Source: the human T2T-CHM13v2.0 reference genome, Homo sapiens. From it: a stretch of DNA of 64,000 bases. Of the stretch, positions 13,293-31,859 are shown in pieces; within the stretch, counting starts at the first letter, position 1, and each line of letters begins with the position of its first letter. The notes under the pieces were generated by a model that saw only the letters and a program-made list of their open reading frames with translations, was not told the DNA's origin and made no database searches. The position numbers were made by a program, and so were the translations under genes. The DNA is taken from assembly GCF_009914755.1 (NCBI RefSeq), contig NC_060925.1, one strand, 5' to 3'.

Positions 13293-13768
13293 TGTATCAA
13301 TGAACCTTAGGCTCAGCAGTAACAGAAAACCTCCAAAAATAATAGTGGTTTCACCTAGATAGAAGTGTGTTGTTTCTCATATAAAAGTTGGAAGGTAGGC
13401 AGGACAGGCTGATAATGACTCTTGCTCTAAAAGTCCTTGGGGCTGCAGGCTCCTTCAATCTCACTGCTCCTCCATCCTAAGAGTGTGGTTGTCCTTAGCT
13501 TCAAGATGGCAGCATCTTTGTTTCAGGAAGAAGAAAGGAGGGAGAGACAAGGGAGCTAACCATATGGACCAGCTCTCTCCAAAGGAAAGTTTGTGGAAGT
13601 TGCTGATATGACACTTCTGTTGATATCCTGTTGATAGAACTTAGTCACATGTGCATACCTAGCTTCAGGGGAGGTTGGGAAATGCAGTCTTTATTTGTAG
13701 TGGTCTTGTGCTCAGCTGTGGAAAAAGGGGAGAATAGATATTGGGGAACAAGTTTCAGGCTCTGTTAT
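13293..13768 (-). mobile_element. Old MLT1 (MLT1J/K-like) LTR
   Basis: tgtatcaat..ggctcagcagtaacagaaa..cttagtcacatgtgcatacctagcttcaggggaggttgggaaatgcagtc. Confidence 0.7.
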
Positions 13769-14967
13769 ACTCCCCAAAGTGTCTATCATGGGCACTTATC
13801 CCAGGTAAATGCTTAAAATTAACTTTCAGCAAATAAGTAATACTGAGCTTCATTCTCACAATTATTTGTTGATAATAAATAAATACACTGGAAATTTTAT
13901 TCATCATATATTTGCTTGTTGTCTTTAATGAGGTGTTAGAAATGATTAAGGAATTCTAAAATCTCTCTTTCAGACTTAACTACTGCAGGGTTCAATAGCT
14001 GATCAATTCCTTCTAGCATATCAAAAAGAGAAGGCTTTTCTATTAGACCAGCCAGCTTGCTGTTTTCATCATTTCACCTTCTTCTGTTCACCCTTCTCCA
14101 TAGCGGTAAAGACATCACTCAACTCTTCCTTGCTAGAAGTGTTCCCAAGCTTCCCTGTGTTACGTGACGTCTTTGTTCTTAGCTCCCCTGTAGACCCAGA
14201 GAAAAATATCCCTTGAAAGAAACCCTCGGTGGCTTGCTCAAGCTATTAGGTTAGTTTGCATATTTGTTCCACCTAAGAGCAGATAAAAGAACATTTGTAA
14301 TTTTAAAGTACTAAAAATATTGGGGCATTGAACTTCTGCTGTGTGTTTGCTTTCCAATTCTTCTCATTGCATGAAAATCTTAGTAAATGATAGAGCCTAC
14401 CTTTAAGTTTGAGTCTGACTCTTTATTTCCACAAAATGTTTCACTGGAATCTATAGAAGCAACCTCAACACCCCCCACCCCCACACTTCCGGTCTCGACA
14501 TACTGTCTAATTACCTCACATGTTGTCTACTTCTGGTTCTCAGAGCTTTGAGGAAGTCATTCCTCCACAAAGAAAACTCTGGAATTCCTACATGATTGAA
14601 TTTATATTTAAAATAGTCTACCTGGTTATACTAGGTCCATGGCCTATAAATATGGAAACTTACAGTTTTAGGATGTTGGCAATTACCCCAGAAATTGTCT
14701 TTGAAAAAAGTTGAAATAAAAAGAGGAATCTGTTAGAAATGGCATTTACTCTGTTTGCTACTATTTCATTTTTTATTTGTACATGACTTATTCCCTGTGG
14801 ATTATATACTTCTTGAGTACCACAGCTGTGTCTGATGAATGGCTTTAGTTATAAAGTGAAATAAAGTTGGAAGTAACTGAGATAAATTAAGACAGTGATA
14901 ATGACATGGGGTTTGTTCTTACCATGACATGAGATTTTCACAAAAGAAATGAATATTGTAGAGGACT

Positions 14968-15390
14968 ACATTCATTCATCCATTCATTAATCTTGCAAAT
15001 ATTTACTGAGCATCAACCAAGTGCCCAGTACTCTCGTAGATACTGGGAGACAGTGGTGAGAAATATTGATCTAGTCTCTGTCTTTATGGTATGTATAGCC
15101 TAGAAGATAAAGACAGACAAAAAAGTAATAACTGTAAAATATGATAAATGCTTGTTAGGGAAGCAGAGATTGCTATGGGAGCCGTCAAGGGAACATTTAT
15201 AGTCTTTATAGAGCTTTCACATACAAATACCTCATTTGAGCCTCATTAAGCCATGTTCAGTGAGTAGTGCAGGGATTATTCTTCTCATTTACAGATAAGG
15301 AATTAGACTCAGAAAGGTTAGCAAGATGCAAAGTCCCCATAGACCCAGAATTGAGCTTTTGACTCCAAACCCAATGCACTCACCAATACT
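14968..15390 (-). mobile_element. L2 3' fragment followed by MIR
   Basis: cattcattcatccattcatt..aaatatttactgagc (L2 end); catttacagataaggaattagactcagaaagg (antisense MIR core). Confidence 0.7.
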
Positions 15391-16044
15391 CCAGACAGCA
15401 GCTGGAGTGCCAGGGAGTGTGAGGTCTGTGGCTCCGCTGCATCTGCTTCCTGTCTTTATGATGTTCTAGTCCCAAGCCTGTATAATAACCCCATTGGCAT
15501 CAATTAATTAATTCTTGGCATCCAATGAAGCTGCCTGGAAGCCATGAGGGTGTTCTGCCTAGCATGGCTCCAAGCCGTGGGCAGCTTATCCAGTGTTCAT
15601 GCTGGGAACAGCCTCTTCAATTAGGAGAGGGGCCAAGGGATCTTTTAGGCTGATACAGAACCGACAGAAGCTCAGCTCAGCCATAAAGTCTTATTAGAAG
15701 GAGCCCCCATGCTTCAGTCTGCTCAGTGGTCTGTTTTCCTGTCCTATGAAGTAAAAGTCAGATTCTCCAATAAGAAAACAACATTAAAATGTCCAGAGTT
15801 TGTTTTGCTTTGTGTTTAGTACCACAAAGTTGAGCAGAGGAATAAACACTGTTGTTGGGCACAAAAACTTCCCTTCTTGCTTTGTACACCTAACTGCATT
15901 TTATTCCCTAATTTTTCTAGGAAAATGCTTTTTCTTTCTTATACATTTTTGAACTTGTTGGAAACTTCCAAGTGACATGAGAACTTTTTAGGGATGAGGA
16001 AGCTCTGGCAAAATTGAGGAGCTGGTGATACTTGTTTCCTTGAT

Positions 16045-16275
16045 TTGTAGTGTAGTGGAAAGACCATGGTACTTTGGACCATGCAGTAAGAACATGGGCT
16101 GAGTTATTATCTCAGCACTTTCATTTTTTGGCTGTATCAACTTTGGAAATATGAGGACTTCCTTGAACCTCAGTTTCTTCAAAGGATGGTTATGAGGATT
16201 AGAGGAAAGACAGGTAATATAGCAGGCATAGCCTGGCCAATAATTGGCCCTCGATAAATGGGAAATATTATCATG
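16045..16275 (+). mobile_element. MIR SINE
   Basis: gtagtgtagtggaaagacc..gaacctcagtttcttc..ggttatgaggattaga. Confidence 0.7.
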
Positions 16276-17024
16276 ATGGTTAAAATACCCTTTCTTCTGA
16301 GGACTCAATACAAACTCTAGTATCTCCTCTAAGCCTGACCTTTCTGGCAACACGAGTTCCTCTAGACCTTTACCGTTATCATAAATTTCTTGTTTTTTTT
16401 TTTTTTTAATCCTCCCAGCTAGGGCATTTATGATTATTTAATCTACAAATACTAATTTACAGTCTAGCTGGAGAGATAGGATATAGGTAACAGGACAAAG
16501 TATAACAAGTGTCAATGAGTGACATAGTATTGGTGCTGTAGTATTTCAGATGAATAAAATATGACCATGGGCTGGGATTTTTGAGGATTTGAGCAGACAC
16601 AGTTGATAATTTACACTTGAATGGGTAGTTGGGAAGGGCTGGAACAGGAACAAAACCTATCTAGGTAGGGACGGTGGACAGGGGGATGAAAGAATAACAG
16701 AATTTTAGATATTAGTTTGCAAAACATGGTGTCTCAGTGGTAATGGAAATAGATCAGATCCCTAGCAAGTAACTGGCAAAAAGGTCAAGATAAAGCACCA
16801 GGACAGTGACCAATGGTGGGGAGTTTGGGAATGGTAATATTCAAAAGTTGAGGCAGTCATGCACAGTAGGTCCTCACTGTCTAAATTACACTTCCTTTGG
16901 CAGGAGACTTGGAGGATTAGCCCAGCCATTGAAGGTTTTTAGGGTCCAAGTCTATGGTGGTAGTGGTGGGGAAGGGTAAGATACAGTGTAGATTTTTCCA
17001 AGACTCAGTGCACCTGTGGATCTT

Positions 17025-17187
17025 AAGATGGTGTTTTGCAAACTTCCTGGACCACATGCTTCAAAATCACCTGGAAGGCTTGTAATAAATACAGATTACT
17101 AGAATATCTGAGAATAGACTCTGAGGACATCCATTTTAAATAGGATTTTAGAGAATCTTATATATGTTAAAGTTAAAGAACACTGGG
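17025..17187. mobile_element. MER5-type hAT MITE
   Basis: aaaatcacctggaaggcttgtaataaatacagatt..aaagttaaagaacactg. Confidence 0.6.
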
Positions 17188-18811
17188 TAATTCATATTAG
17201 ATTCCAGACTTCAGAGACATGCTGGAGAGTCCTGAAATAAAAAATCCTGTGAAGAAATTGGCTTTTCCTTACTCCAAAAAGAGTAGTTTGTAGGAAGTCT
17301 GGTTGTACTGAAGAAAAATCTGGAGACAGGTCTTTTGTCCTGGTAGTGAGATTGCAAGATTTGTCTGAAAAGAAAGTTGGAGTTTCTGAAACAGGAATCA
17401 AGGCAAAAAGAATCCCAAGAACAAGAAATGGAGCAGAGAGACTGCGAATTGAACAAGATATGATAAAGGATTTGCAACAGAGTTGTTGTTCACCTCTTAC
17501 CTTCCTCAACTAGACTGTGGGCTCCCTGAGGGCAGGGCTCTTAACTTCCTTATCCTTATTTCTTTTGCGCCTGATATAGGGTCTGGTGCAAAGTAGGCTT
17601 TCAGATGTTTTTTAAATAAGTTAATAAGTAAATGTGAGATTGGCAAGGGTGACTTGATGCTGAGCTCTGGAATGTGGGCTGGAATTACTTGGTCTGGGTG
17701 ACTCAGTTCATACTGGGTCCTGGGATTTGGATCTGGAGCTGCACTTGTAGATTTGGAGTTAAGAGAGGGAGGAATCAGACTGATTGAAGACATTGGCTGA
17801 GGCTACAGTTAGGATAGTTTAGGGTGACTTCTGAAAGAAGGTGTGATTTGAATCTGGCTTGAAGCAAGACAGATATTAAATAATTCAATCCAACTTAATG
17901 GACATTAGTTGGGCATCTGGTCTGCACAATGGCTTGCAACCCAATGATGGGTAAAATACAGTTCTTGCCTTGTAGGAAACCAAAAGGAAAGAAATGACTG
18001 AAACATAATGTTATATTTGGATGGGGAGGTATGGGATGTGAAAAGGAAAACTATGGAGGAAAATTGAGAGGAGGGATAATGTTTACCTGGGCCTTAAAAA
18101 TTGGTCAAGCTTTGTTCTACAGTTAAGGCAGGGAAGGACTCTCAGTGGAGAAAACAGCCAGAATAAGAGTAGGTAGGCGTGAAAGTGAAGGTGACCTGGG
18201 AGGTAGCCTCTGTGGTTTGGTGGATGAGAGCACAGCATGAATTATGGGTAGGGGGTCTGGACCTCAAACAAAGGTTAATGGGTTAACAAGGGGGGGTTTA
18301 TTGGGTGTTAATGGGTGTTAACAAGGGCAGATTTATTCTACAAACATTTAAATTTGTCAAAGTGTTTGTTTTAAGCAGAAGAATCACACAATTCAACTTA
18401 TACTAGGAAGAGAATTTGGGCCAGAGGGTAAAAGAAGGCCTGCAGGAGAGGAAGGCCAGAGGGAGGAATCTGGGCAGGGCAGCAAGGCGAGCCACACTTC
18501 ACCTAAACTAATTCCTGCTGAGATACTAAAGTAAATAATGGCTTAAGACAAACTCCCTCTGAGTGAGCTGTTTGCCTTTGAACTGGCCCCTCCTCACCTG
18601 GAGGAGGTGTGACTTCTAGTGGATAGACTTGCCAGGCCACTGGGAAGATTTGCCAATTTTTGATTCATTCTTCTCACGCCCATAACTGGCTCTTACTAGC
18701 TGTTCGGCCCTGAATATGAAATGCAGTTTTGTGACCTGGCTGAGAGTTCACAGGCCCTAGAGCCCAGGTTGCTTTATGATTTACCAAAAAAAAAAAAAAA
18801 AAAAAAAAAAG

Positions 18812-19640
18812 TTATGGTAGGAACACTTAACATGAGATCTGTCCTTGGAACACATTTTAAAGTGTGTAATACAGGACCGTTAACCATAGGCACAATGTTG
18901 TACTGCGGATCTCTAGAGCTTCTTCATGCTGCACAGCTGAAACTTCATGCCTGTTGACTAGCAACTCCCCATTTCCCCTTCTCCCCAACCTCTGATAACC
19001 ACCATTCTATTCTCTGCTTCTGAGTTTGACTATTTTAGATACCTCATATGAGTGGAATCATGCCTCATTTGTCCTTTAATAGAACTGCTATATGATTCAG
19101 TAATCCTACTTCTGAGTATTTATCCAAAAGAGTTGAAATCAGGATCTCAGAGAGATATTTGCACTCTCGTATTTGTTGCAGCACTATTCACAACAGCTAA
19201 AAGGTGGAAACAAACTAACTGCCCATCAATGAATGAATGGATAAAGAAAATGTGGTATATACAGCTAGCTCTCTGTATCCACAGGTTCAAGCAATCACAG
19301 ATGAAAAATGTAGTATATAAAAAATCCCCCCAAAATAAAAATAGTACAAATAAAAAATAATACAGTATAACAACTATTTACGTAGCATTTACCTTGTGTT
19401 AGCTATTAAAAGTAATCTAGAGATGATTTAAAGTATACCGGAAGATGTATTTAGGTTATATGCAAATACTATGCCATTTTATATAAGGGTCTTGTACAAC
19501 CTTGGATTTTGGCATCCTTGGGGCTCTCAGAACCAATCTGGGGTAGATACCAAGTGACAACCGTAAATACAATATTACTCAGCGTTGAAAAAAGAAGGAA
19601 ATACTGCCATATATGACCACATAGATGAAGACATTATGCT
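18812..19640 (-). mobile_element. Old L1MA (L1MA9/10-like) with inverted 5' segment, split by MER2
   Basis: 18812-19077 is antisense L1MA 3'UTR; 19078-19640 is sense ORF2 end (ORF 19052: IYPKELKSGSQRDIC) terminating near the point where the antisense piece stops. Confidence 0.75.
19262..19563 (-). mobile_element. MER2 (TcMar-Tigger) DNA transposon
   Basis: Termini cagctagctctctgtatcc / gataccaagtgacaaccg with TA on each side; internal aagtaatctagagatgatttaaagtata. Confidence 0.85.
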
Positions 19641-19667
19641 CTGTGATTTAAAAAAATTGACCAACAT

Positions 19668-20311
19668 ATGGTGGGAATGTAAATTAGTTCAACCATTGAG
19701 GATGATAATGTGGCGATTCCTCAAGGGTCTAGAATCAGAAATACCATTTGACCCGGTAATCCCATTACTGGGTATATACCCAAAGGAATATAAATCATTC
19801 TACTATAAAGACACGTGCATATGTATGTTTATTGCTGCACTATTTACAGTAGTAAAGACATGGAACCAACCCAAATGCCCATCAATGATAGACTGGATAA
19901 AGAAAATGTGGTACATATACACCATGGAATACTACGCAGCCATAAAAAAGAATGAGATCATGTCCTTTGCAGGGACATGGATGAAGCTGGAAGCCATCAT
20001 CCTCAGCAAACTAATACAGGAAAAGAAAACCAAACACCGCATGTTCTTACTCATAAGTGGGAGTTCAGCAATGAGAACACATGGACATAGGGAGGGGAAT
20101 AACACACACTGGGGCCAGTTGGGGGGTCGAGGGCGAGGGGAGGGAGAGCATTAGGATAAATAGCTAATGCATGTGGGGGCTTAAAATCTAGATGATGGGT
20201 TGATAGGTGTATAAAACCACCGTGGCACACGTATACCTATGTAACAAATCTATACATTCTGCACTTGTATCCTGGAACTTAAAGCAAAATTAAAAAAAAA
20301 AAAGATTGAAG
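19668..20311 (+). mobile_element. 5'-truncated L1PA (approx. L1PA10-13)
   Basis: ORF2 C-terminus (ORF 19585), 3'UTR, A tail; perfect 15-bp TSD aaaattgaccaacat at 19653-19667 and 20312-20326. Confidence 0.92.
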
Positions 20312-20599
20312 AAAATTGACCAACATGAGTGTTTACTGTCTGTACCCTGAAGAGTGCTTCCTCAAAGCCATTCCAAATGAGGATCCCCTAGAAGATCCCA
20401 AGCACACCAGTGCTGAGGGCAGAGTCAACAACTTCTCTTTTCCCCAAATGGTCTTCAGCCCAGGAACCAGGACTTACAAGCCCAATTATTGTTACTATAT
20501 GGATTCTTATTATCAAAGTTCTGGATGTCACATTTTCTCAACTGTAAGAAAAGCTGTTGCTTTTAGTGTTAGTAAATGCATTAGAAAGTTCTGTGAATT

Positions 20600-20961
20600 T
20601 ACAATAGCACAGAAATGGACTCCACCTAGGTGCCCAATCAATGGTGGATTGGATAAAGAAAATGTGGTCCATATACACCATGGAATACTATGCAGCCATA
20701 AAAAAGTATGAAATCATGTCTTTTGCAGCAACATGGATGCAACTGGAGGCCATTATCCTAAGTGAATTAACAGGAACAGAAAACCAAATACTGAGAGAGG
20801 GAGGAGGCCAAGGGTTGAAAAATTACCTATCAGGTACTATGTTCACTATTTGGGTGACAGATTCAATTGAAACACAAATCTCAGTATTACATAATATACG
20901 CATGTAACCTGCAGCTCTAACTCCTGAATCTAAAATAAACATATAAAATAAAATACAAAAA
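20600..20961 (+). mobile_element. 5'-truncated L1PB-like 3' end with internal deletion
   Basis: DWIKKMWSIYTMEYY motif, L1PB-type 3'UTR, degenerate TSD agaaagttctgtgaatt / agaaagtttatgaatt. Confidence 0.8.
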
Positions 20962-22481
20962 AGAAAGTTTATGAATTAAAACAAAGTTAAAATGATATTA
21001 AAACTGCTCTTTTTTTCCATTCTTTCATTCTTTTCTACCTACTCCCTTCCTTACAAACCCAACAAACATACTCTGTCTGCCAATAAACTGTATGTTTTAG
21101 AATAACAATAGATGAATCCTGTGGTTTGATTCTGTCCTGGTTGTGTAGTAATGACATACTAGAAGGAGCGTGTTAGCTCAGAAATAAAAACAATTGGGTA
21201 TTATTCTTTTCAAGGGCACTAACTGATGTGTATCCTGGGGTGATTACTTCACTTTTCTATGCCTTAATTGCTATAACAAGAGGGAGTTAGACTCGGCTCT
21301 ATCTCCACAGTTCTGTCTGAGTCTAAGAATCACAGCTTCTCTAAGCAATGCAGGAGTGATGGAATACTTTTTTACATAGTGGAAAAACTTGAACACTGCT
21401 TTGGAAAGTTGATTTACCTTTAAAATGGGTATTTGTTGATTGCTTCCTTGGTGTCTATTTCTTAATTTCTTTAACAGACTTGAGTTTTTGTCTTTAAGGT
21501 TGGGTTCTGCTTTGCTCAGCTATGCATCTGGCATGGACTGGATACCACGTCTGGCTCCAGTGGTGTATCCTGCCTGGCTTAAACCAACCAGTATATCCCT
21601 TTCTGGCAAACGGTGAGATACAGCCAGGCAAGGAACCAGATTCTGCCTGTCTTTGTGGACCGCATGAAGGAATTTGGGCTTTATTTAAAGCAGAGTGGGT
21701 GGCCTCTGCAGGGTTTTAAACAGAGGAGCAGCATGATCAGATCTGCATTCCATTTGGACCATGTCTGGCTCAGGGTCATGAGGCTCCCCCTCCAGTTTTG
21801 TTCCTCTGTGTGTTTGCACTGTTCCCTCAGCTTCCTCTCTATCTGCTGCCTCTTTGCTTTTAAAACACCCTTAAACTGACTGGAGAAAAGAATGAAATGG
21901 GCACTGTGTGTTCCTAGTACTTGTTCCAGCACTCCCTCTGTGGCAATTTGTTTTTCCCGGTAAATATAATTTTCCCTTTCTTAATTATGATTTGAGTTTT
22001 CGGTAGCTCTGACCTGTAAATTGGCACTAATTTTCTGCTTTTTCAATCTTAAAAATGGGATCCAGCAGTGGAGGTGTGGACTTTAATAACCTTGTCTGTG
22101 ACTGGCTTCCCTGTGGCAAGCAGCTGCCAGTGGGGCTCATACTGTGGCCCTTCTTTGGGGTCTTGTTTTGTGCCGCCAGAGCACAGTCTCACCCAGAACT
22201 TATCCCAGCAGCGAGGAGCTGCACAGACTGACTCGCAGATATCTCTGTCCTCACTCCTTCCAAAGGGCCTTCATAATGAAAATAAAATGTAGCTCCAAAC
22301 AGGATCACTTGAAGCCCTTAGTCCCCTCTTGCACTTGTTGGTTACACCCCAGAGCAAGCTCATTCCTTTGCTTGCTTTCACTCTAAAGGGTTGAACCTTG
22401 TTTCTGGGTCTGCCTGTAAACTCCTGGAGGGGCCGGGGTCCTTCCAGTTGCTTCTTCCACAGAGACCTCTGGGCACAGTGA

Positions 22482-23525
<1,044 letters not shown>

Positions 23526-24194
23526 AGCAATTCCTCCTCCCTTATCTTTTGTAATAGATTTTTCTGCTTTATCTTGATTATTATTCACCCTGGCTCTCTT
23601 TTTCCCCCAACCTTGTTTTCTATTGCTCTATAGCACATTTCACCATCAGACAATATTGTATATTTTATATTTTGCTAATTTACTTGTTTATTATCTGCTT
23701 CCCTGCACTGGGGTATAAGCTCCACAAGGGAACAGAGTCTGTTCTGAGCTGCATTCCCAGCACCACACAGCGCTTGGTACAGGTGCTCTATGAATATCTA
23801 TTGAGTGAATCTGTCCCACCTTTGAAGATGGTTTATTCTTTGGATTTTGCCCTCCTTTTCTTGACTCTTCTCTAGGGCTGGAGTTGTCTGGTAGAATGCT
23901 GTTTGGACTCATGTTGCTTTGCTCTGTCGTGATTTGAAGATCACACTATCAAGGTATCCAGGTACTTGGAAAAAAGGCAAAGTGGCATCAGGCCAGCAGC
24001 TCGCTAACAGTCTTGAAGATTTTATTTAGATGAGAGCTGTTTGGTTTATTTGGAACCCACTGGGGGTACTTTTTATCAGAAATAATGACTTACTGGGCTT
24101 ACTGTGTACTGTACTGAATACCTTGCCTACATTTGCTTGATTCATTCTTACAATAAATCTATGATGTTTTCTTTTTTTTTTTTTTTTTTTTTTT

Positions 24195-24299
24195 ACGCAG
24201 GAATTGTCTTTTATTTTTTGGCTTAGAAAGATATTGTTTTATAAACAGTGGGGCAAGACACTATTAAATTGTTTTCCAAAAATTTGCCTGGCAACTTTC
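24195..24299 (-). other. L1 3' transduction (donor-locus flank) with AATAAA
   Basis: Non-L1 sequence between inner patterned tail (24300-24337) and outer T23 (24172-24194), inside the TSD; tttatt at 24210-24215 lies 15 nt from the outer tail. Confidence 0.9.
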
Positions 24300-27000
<2,701 letters not shown>

Positions 27001-27369
27001 CTGAGAGGCTGTTTGGACTTGCTATTAGGGGCTTCAATTGTATATTTGTACCAATTCTTTGACTTGTTCTCATTGGTTCCAGAGACCAGAGGTTTTCCTG
27101 CCTTGCAGACATTCTTCACCTTAGTGATGGAGCATGTTTTAAATAATAAAGGATGGCATACAGGATTTTATGTTCAATATCACTGTAATTGCTTCCAATA
27201 ATTTAAGTGATCAGATAGACACATAATGCTTGTTAATGCAGTTAATGTTTGTTTCAAAACAATATATATTTCAAAATGATGTAGAACAGTAGTTTTCAAA
27301 CTTCAGAGTATATTAAGGTAGATCTTATAAAAATTGAAAATGTTGACTGTTATGCCCAGGGATTCTTTT

Positions 27370-28235
27370 CTGTTTTGTTTTTTAAAAAATATTTATTTAA
27401 TTTTTTTAAAAATTGATAAATAATATTGGTACATATTCATGGGGTACGTAGCAATGTTTTGATACATATAATGTACAGTGGTCACATCAGGGTAATTAGC
27501 ATATCCATCATTTTAAACATTTATCATTTCTTTGTGTTGGGAGTGTTCAATATCCTTCTTCTAGCTATTTGAAACTACATAACATATTATTGTTAACTAT
27601 TGTCATCCTAGTGGTGTAGAACACTAGAATGTACTTCTTTCTAGCTGAAGTTTTGTATCCTTTAACAAATTTCTCCCTATTCCCCCCTTCCCCCTACCCT
27701 TCCCAGCCTCTAGTATCCTGTTTTTCTTCTTACTTCTATGAGATCAACTTTTTCTTTGTTTCTACAGATGAGTGAGAACATGTGATGTTTAACTTTCTGT
27801 TCCTGGCTTATTTTACTTAACATAATGTCCTCCAGTTCCATCCATGTTATTGTGAGTGACAGGATTTCATCCTTTTTTATGGCTGAATAGTATTCCATTG
27901 TGTATATATACTACATTTTCTTTATCCATTCATCTGTTGTTGGACACCTAGGTTGATTCTGCATCTTAGTTATTATGAATAGTACTGCAATAAACATGGG
28001 AGTACAAATGTCTCTGTAATATATTGATTTCCTTTCCTTTGGATAAATTCCCAGTAGAGGGGTTGCTACATCATACGGTAGTTCTGTGTAGTTTTTTGAG
28101 GAACCTCTGTACTATTTTCCTAATTAGCTGTATTAGTTTACATTTCCAACAGTGTAGAAGAGTTCCCTTTTGTCTGCATCCCTGCCAGCATTTGTTATTT
28201 TTTGACTTTTTCATAATAGCCGTCCTAATTAGGGT
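27370..28235 (-). mobile_element. 5'-truncated L1MA inserted in a MER5-like element
   Basis: ORFs 27710 and 28071 give ORF2 C-terminus; L1MA 3'UTR; degenerate TSD cagggattct / cagagattct. Confidence 0.85.
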
Positions 28236-28845
28236 CTCAGAGATTCTGACCCAGCTGATATAAATGTTTAACAAGACTGCTCAGGTGGTTTTGATGTCAA
28301 TGTTTCCTGATCACCATTTAAGAAATGCTAACAGGTAAACATCAGGAAAAACACAGGATTAAGGAAGTCTTATATGTAGTCCCAGACAGGGGGTAACAGA
28401 CTTCAGAGCTCTATTTGCATGAGAATTTGATAGGTGTCCTGAAAATATGGTAAAGAAAATTTGGAATTGTTGATTGATCCTCAAGATAAGGAGACTAAAA
28501 TTCTCCAGTAAGGTGTTATGCAAGGCTGTGTGTGTGTGTGTGCATGTGTATGCTTGTGTGTGTTGATGTGAGGTATGTGTGGGGATATAAAATAGTCTCT
28601 CTTTATCTTTGGGGATCCACTTCCAAGACCCTCACCAGATGTCTAAAACTAAGGATAGTACTGAGTTCTATATATACTATGTTTTCTTCTATACATACAT
28701 ACCTATGATAAAGTTTAACATGTAAATTAGGTACATCAAGAGACTAACAACAATAACTAATACTAGAATAGAACAATTATAACAACATACTATATTAAGA
28801 GTTATGTGAATGTGATCTCTGTCTTTTAAAATCTTATTTTCTGTA

Positions 28846-29493
<648 letters not shown>

Positions 29494-31787
29494 TAGCCAT
29501 CTGTCTTTGGATCACAGGTAACTGGAAGGTGAAACTACAGATAAGAGGGTACTACTGTACAAAAAGTATAATGATACGTATAGGGTGAGATCAAGATGCC
29601 TAACTACCTCGGTGGAACAGTAGCATAATCAGTGGGAAGAGACTTGTTGAGCAGGTTATTTAAGCTGCCATTCAAATATTTTCTGACTTTGCTGAGGGGG
29701 TTGCTTTTCTTGAGTTATTTGGAAGATAGTTCTGAAGGAAACTAAAAGAGTAAGCTACCCTTTATGGGAGATTTATTAAAAAATGGAGAGATCACGGTCA
29801 CACTTAAAGGTCTGGTAAAAAGTTACAACAATGATGGAAAGAGAATCCTCCCTTCTGTTTGAGAGAGCCACAGGATCAACTCAGGAGACTGAGAGGGCAA
29901 CTTTGAGAGGCTGGAGAAGGCAGTGGTGAAGGCATTCATGTTATTAGGGTGGCATCACTAGCAAGACAGGCAGCGTCAGCAGGGCTGGTGGGGAGTGGAG
30001 GGAATGACTCTTCAGTAGGAGGAAGGCTAGGCCTTGGGTTCTCAGTGATTTCTCTGGGTGGTGGCTTAGAGCCCCGTTAAACCAGGCTCTTAATAATAAC
30101 TAACACTTAGTAGAGTACCTTACTATGTGCTGAGTCCTTATCTAAATTGTTTGTATTATTACTTGAATGAGAAATTGTTTTTCTAATTGATCTAGCAAGT
30201 GGCAGAGGTGGGAACTGAACCCAGACAGCTAGCTTCAGAGTCTGTGTGTGTAAGTGCTGTGCTATATGTTTTCTCCTATGTACCTTAATGCCGGTTAGTG
30301 CTCCCCGTTCTGAATGTGCAGATCACATAGGTGAGATCCTGGACAGTTGCTTTTCAAGCACGTGCCATTACTAATTGGTGAGGTAAAAGTAGGGGTTCAT
30401 TATAAACTTCTACCTGGAAAATGATTCTCAAAGAATATCCCTTGCCCATACCAGACCCATAGAAGCTAGTTGATACATGTTTACTTGAATGAAGAATGAA
30501 AAAATCCTGCTTATAATGGTTTGAGAATATTGTCTTTGAGTACTGTACACTAAACAACTCATTCTAATGACAACACCAGAGGCCATTCATATTCATAAGC
30601 TGAACTGCTTAATGTAGGCTGAAAAAAATAGACCTTTTTTATTTCACAGTCAGAAAAGTGACATTTTTGACAAAAATAAAAAACCCAAAACAATATTTTC
30701 TTGAAAAAACAAAAAAGTCCAGATCCTGGTATTCTCCTCCTCCCCAGTTCCGGGAGGGTTTGATTTAAAAAGAAGCCCTTTACGCCCCTAACTGGGTTAT
30801 TTTAATATTATATCAATAGTTTACAACGAACCATCTATACTATGCTTGTGCCCATGAAGAACTTATGTTCCATTCAGAGGAAAAAATAAGTTTGTTTACT
30901 CACTTTTCCCTGTTCTCAGAGCTTTCTAATACTGATTCATTTCTTTTTTTGCTCAAGAAAATGGATGCAAGAGTAGAAGCTGATCCTCGAGGCTTGCAAA
31001 AGTGGGGTTCTTTCTGAAAGTGAAGCCAGCAGCCAAGAGCCACCCTTCAGAAGATAGAAGGAAGAGCAGCTGCATGAGTGATGGCCACAGCAATGCATGG
31101 GTCCTGTCTGTCCACGTAGTCCTCTCCATCTGCCCGTAGCTTGCCAGGTCTCCTACCCACACTGGGGAAATTCCAGCTGCCGGCCCTCTTTGGGTTGCAC
31201 CTCCCCTTTTTGCACAGGGCTCTATTGGGAAAGCAGCTGTCATGTGTCTATTTGAAAGACAAGAAACCAGTCTAGTTATAGAAAAGAGATTTAGATTACA
31301 TCAGAATAACAATGCAAATCATTTGTGCAGTTCTTAGTACAGAAAACAGATTTAGGAACAAAAATTGGGAGGGTTAAAGAAAGTGGTTTTTTATTCTGTC
31401 ATCAAAATTGTTTTTTAAAAACACATCTGTAGTAAGATAAATAATTGTGTGCCGACTTCATAAACAGAATGAATGACTGAATTCACACAATGTTATTTAC
31501 TGTTTCAGGGCACACACACATGGTTTCCAAGTGGTTTCTTGCCACTTTGGCCTTCAACTGGCCTTGCTATTTTCCATTGAGGGGTGTCTGATTGTCTCCT
31601 CCACAGCCCTGAGTCTAAGCAAAAGCCCATGGGTTGGTTGACTGGTGTTCTTGTTGTCCTTGGAAGTGGACAGACTGGCAGATGTGGGGCTAGTGGGGAA
31701 GATTCTCGTAAACACTTTATTTGTTGTAAGAACTCCAGTTGGAATGTGGCTTCCAATCATGGGAGGAGGACTGCTTTAGAACAGGTT

Positions 31788-31859
31788 AGAGGGAGAGAGA
31801 GAGAGGGAGAGCGAGAGAGAGAGAGAGAGTGTGTGTGTGTGTGTGTTTGTGTGTGTGTG
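31788..31859. repeat. Compound (GA)n(GT)n microsatellite
   Basis: Direct read. Confidence 0.95.

Noticed and set aside
17283-17513. Purine-rich stop-free stretch that looks coding (coiled-coil-like translation)
   Set aside because: No convincing start or splice sites and no recognised homology; base composition explains the open frames.
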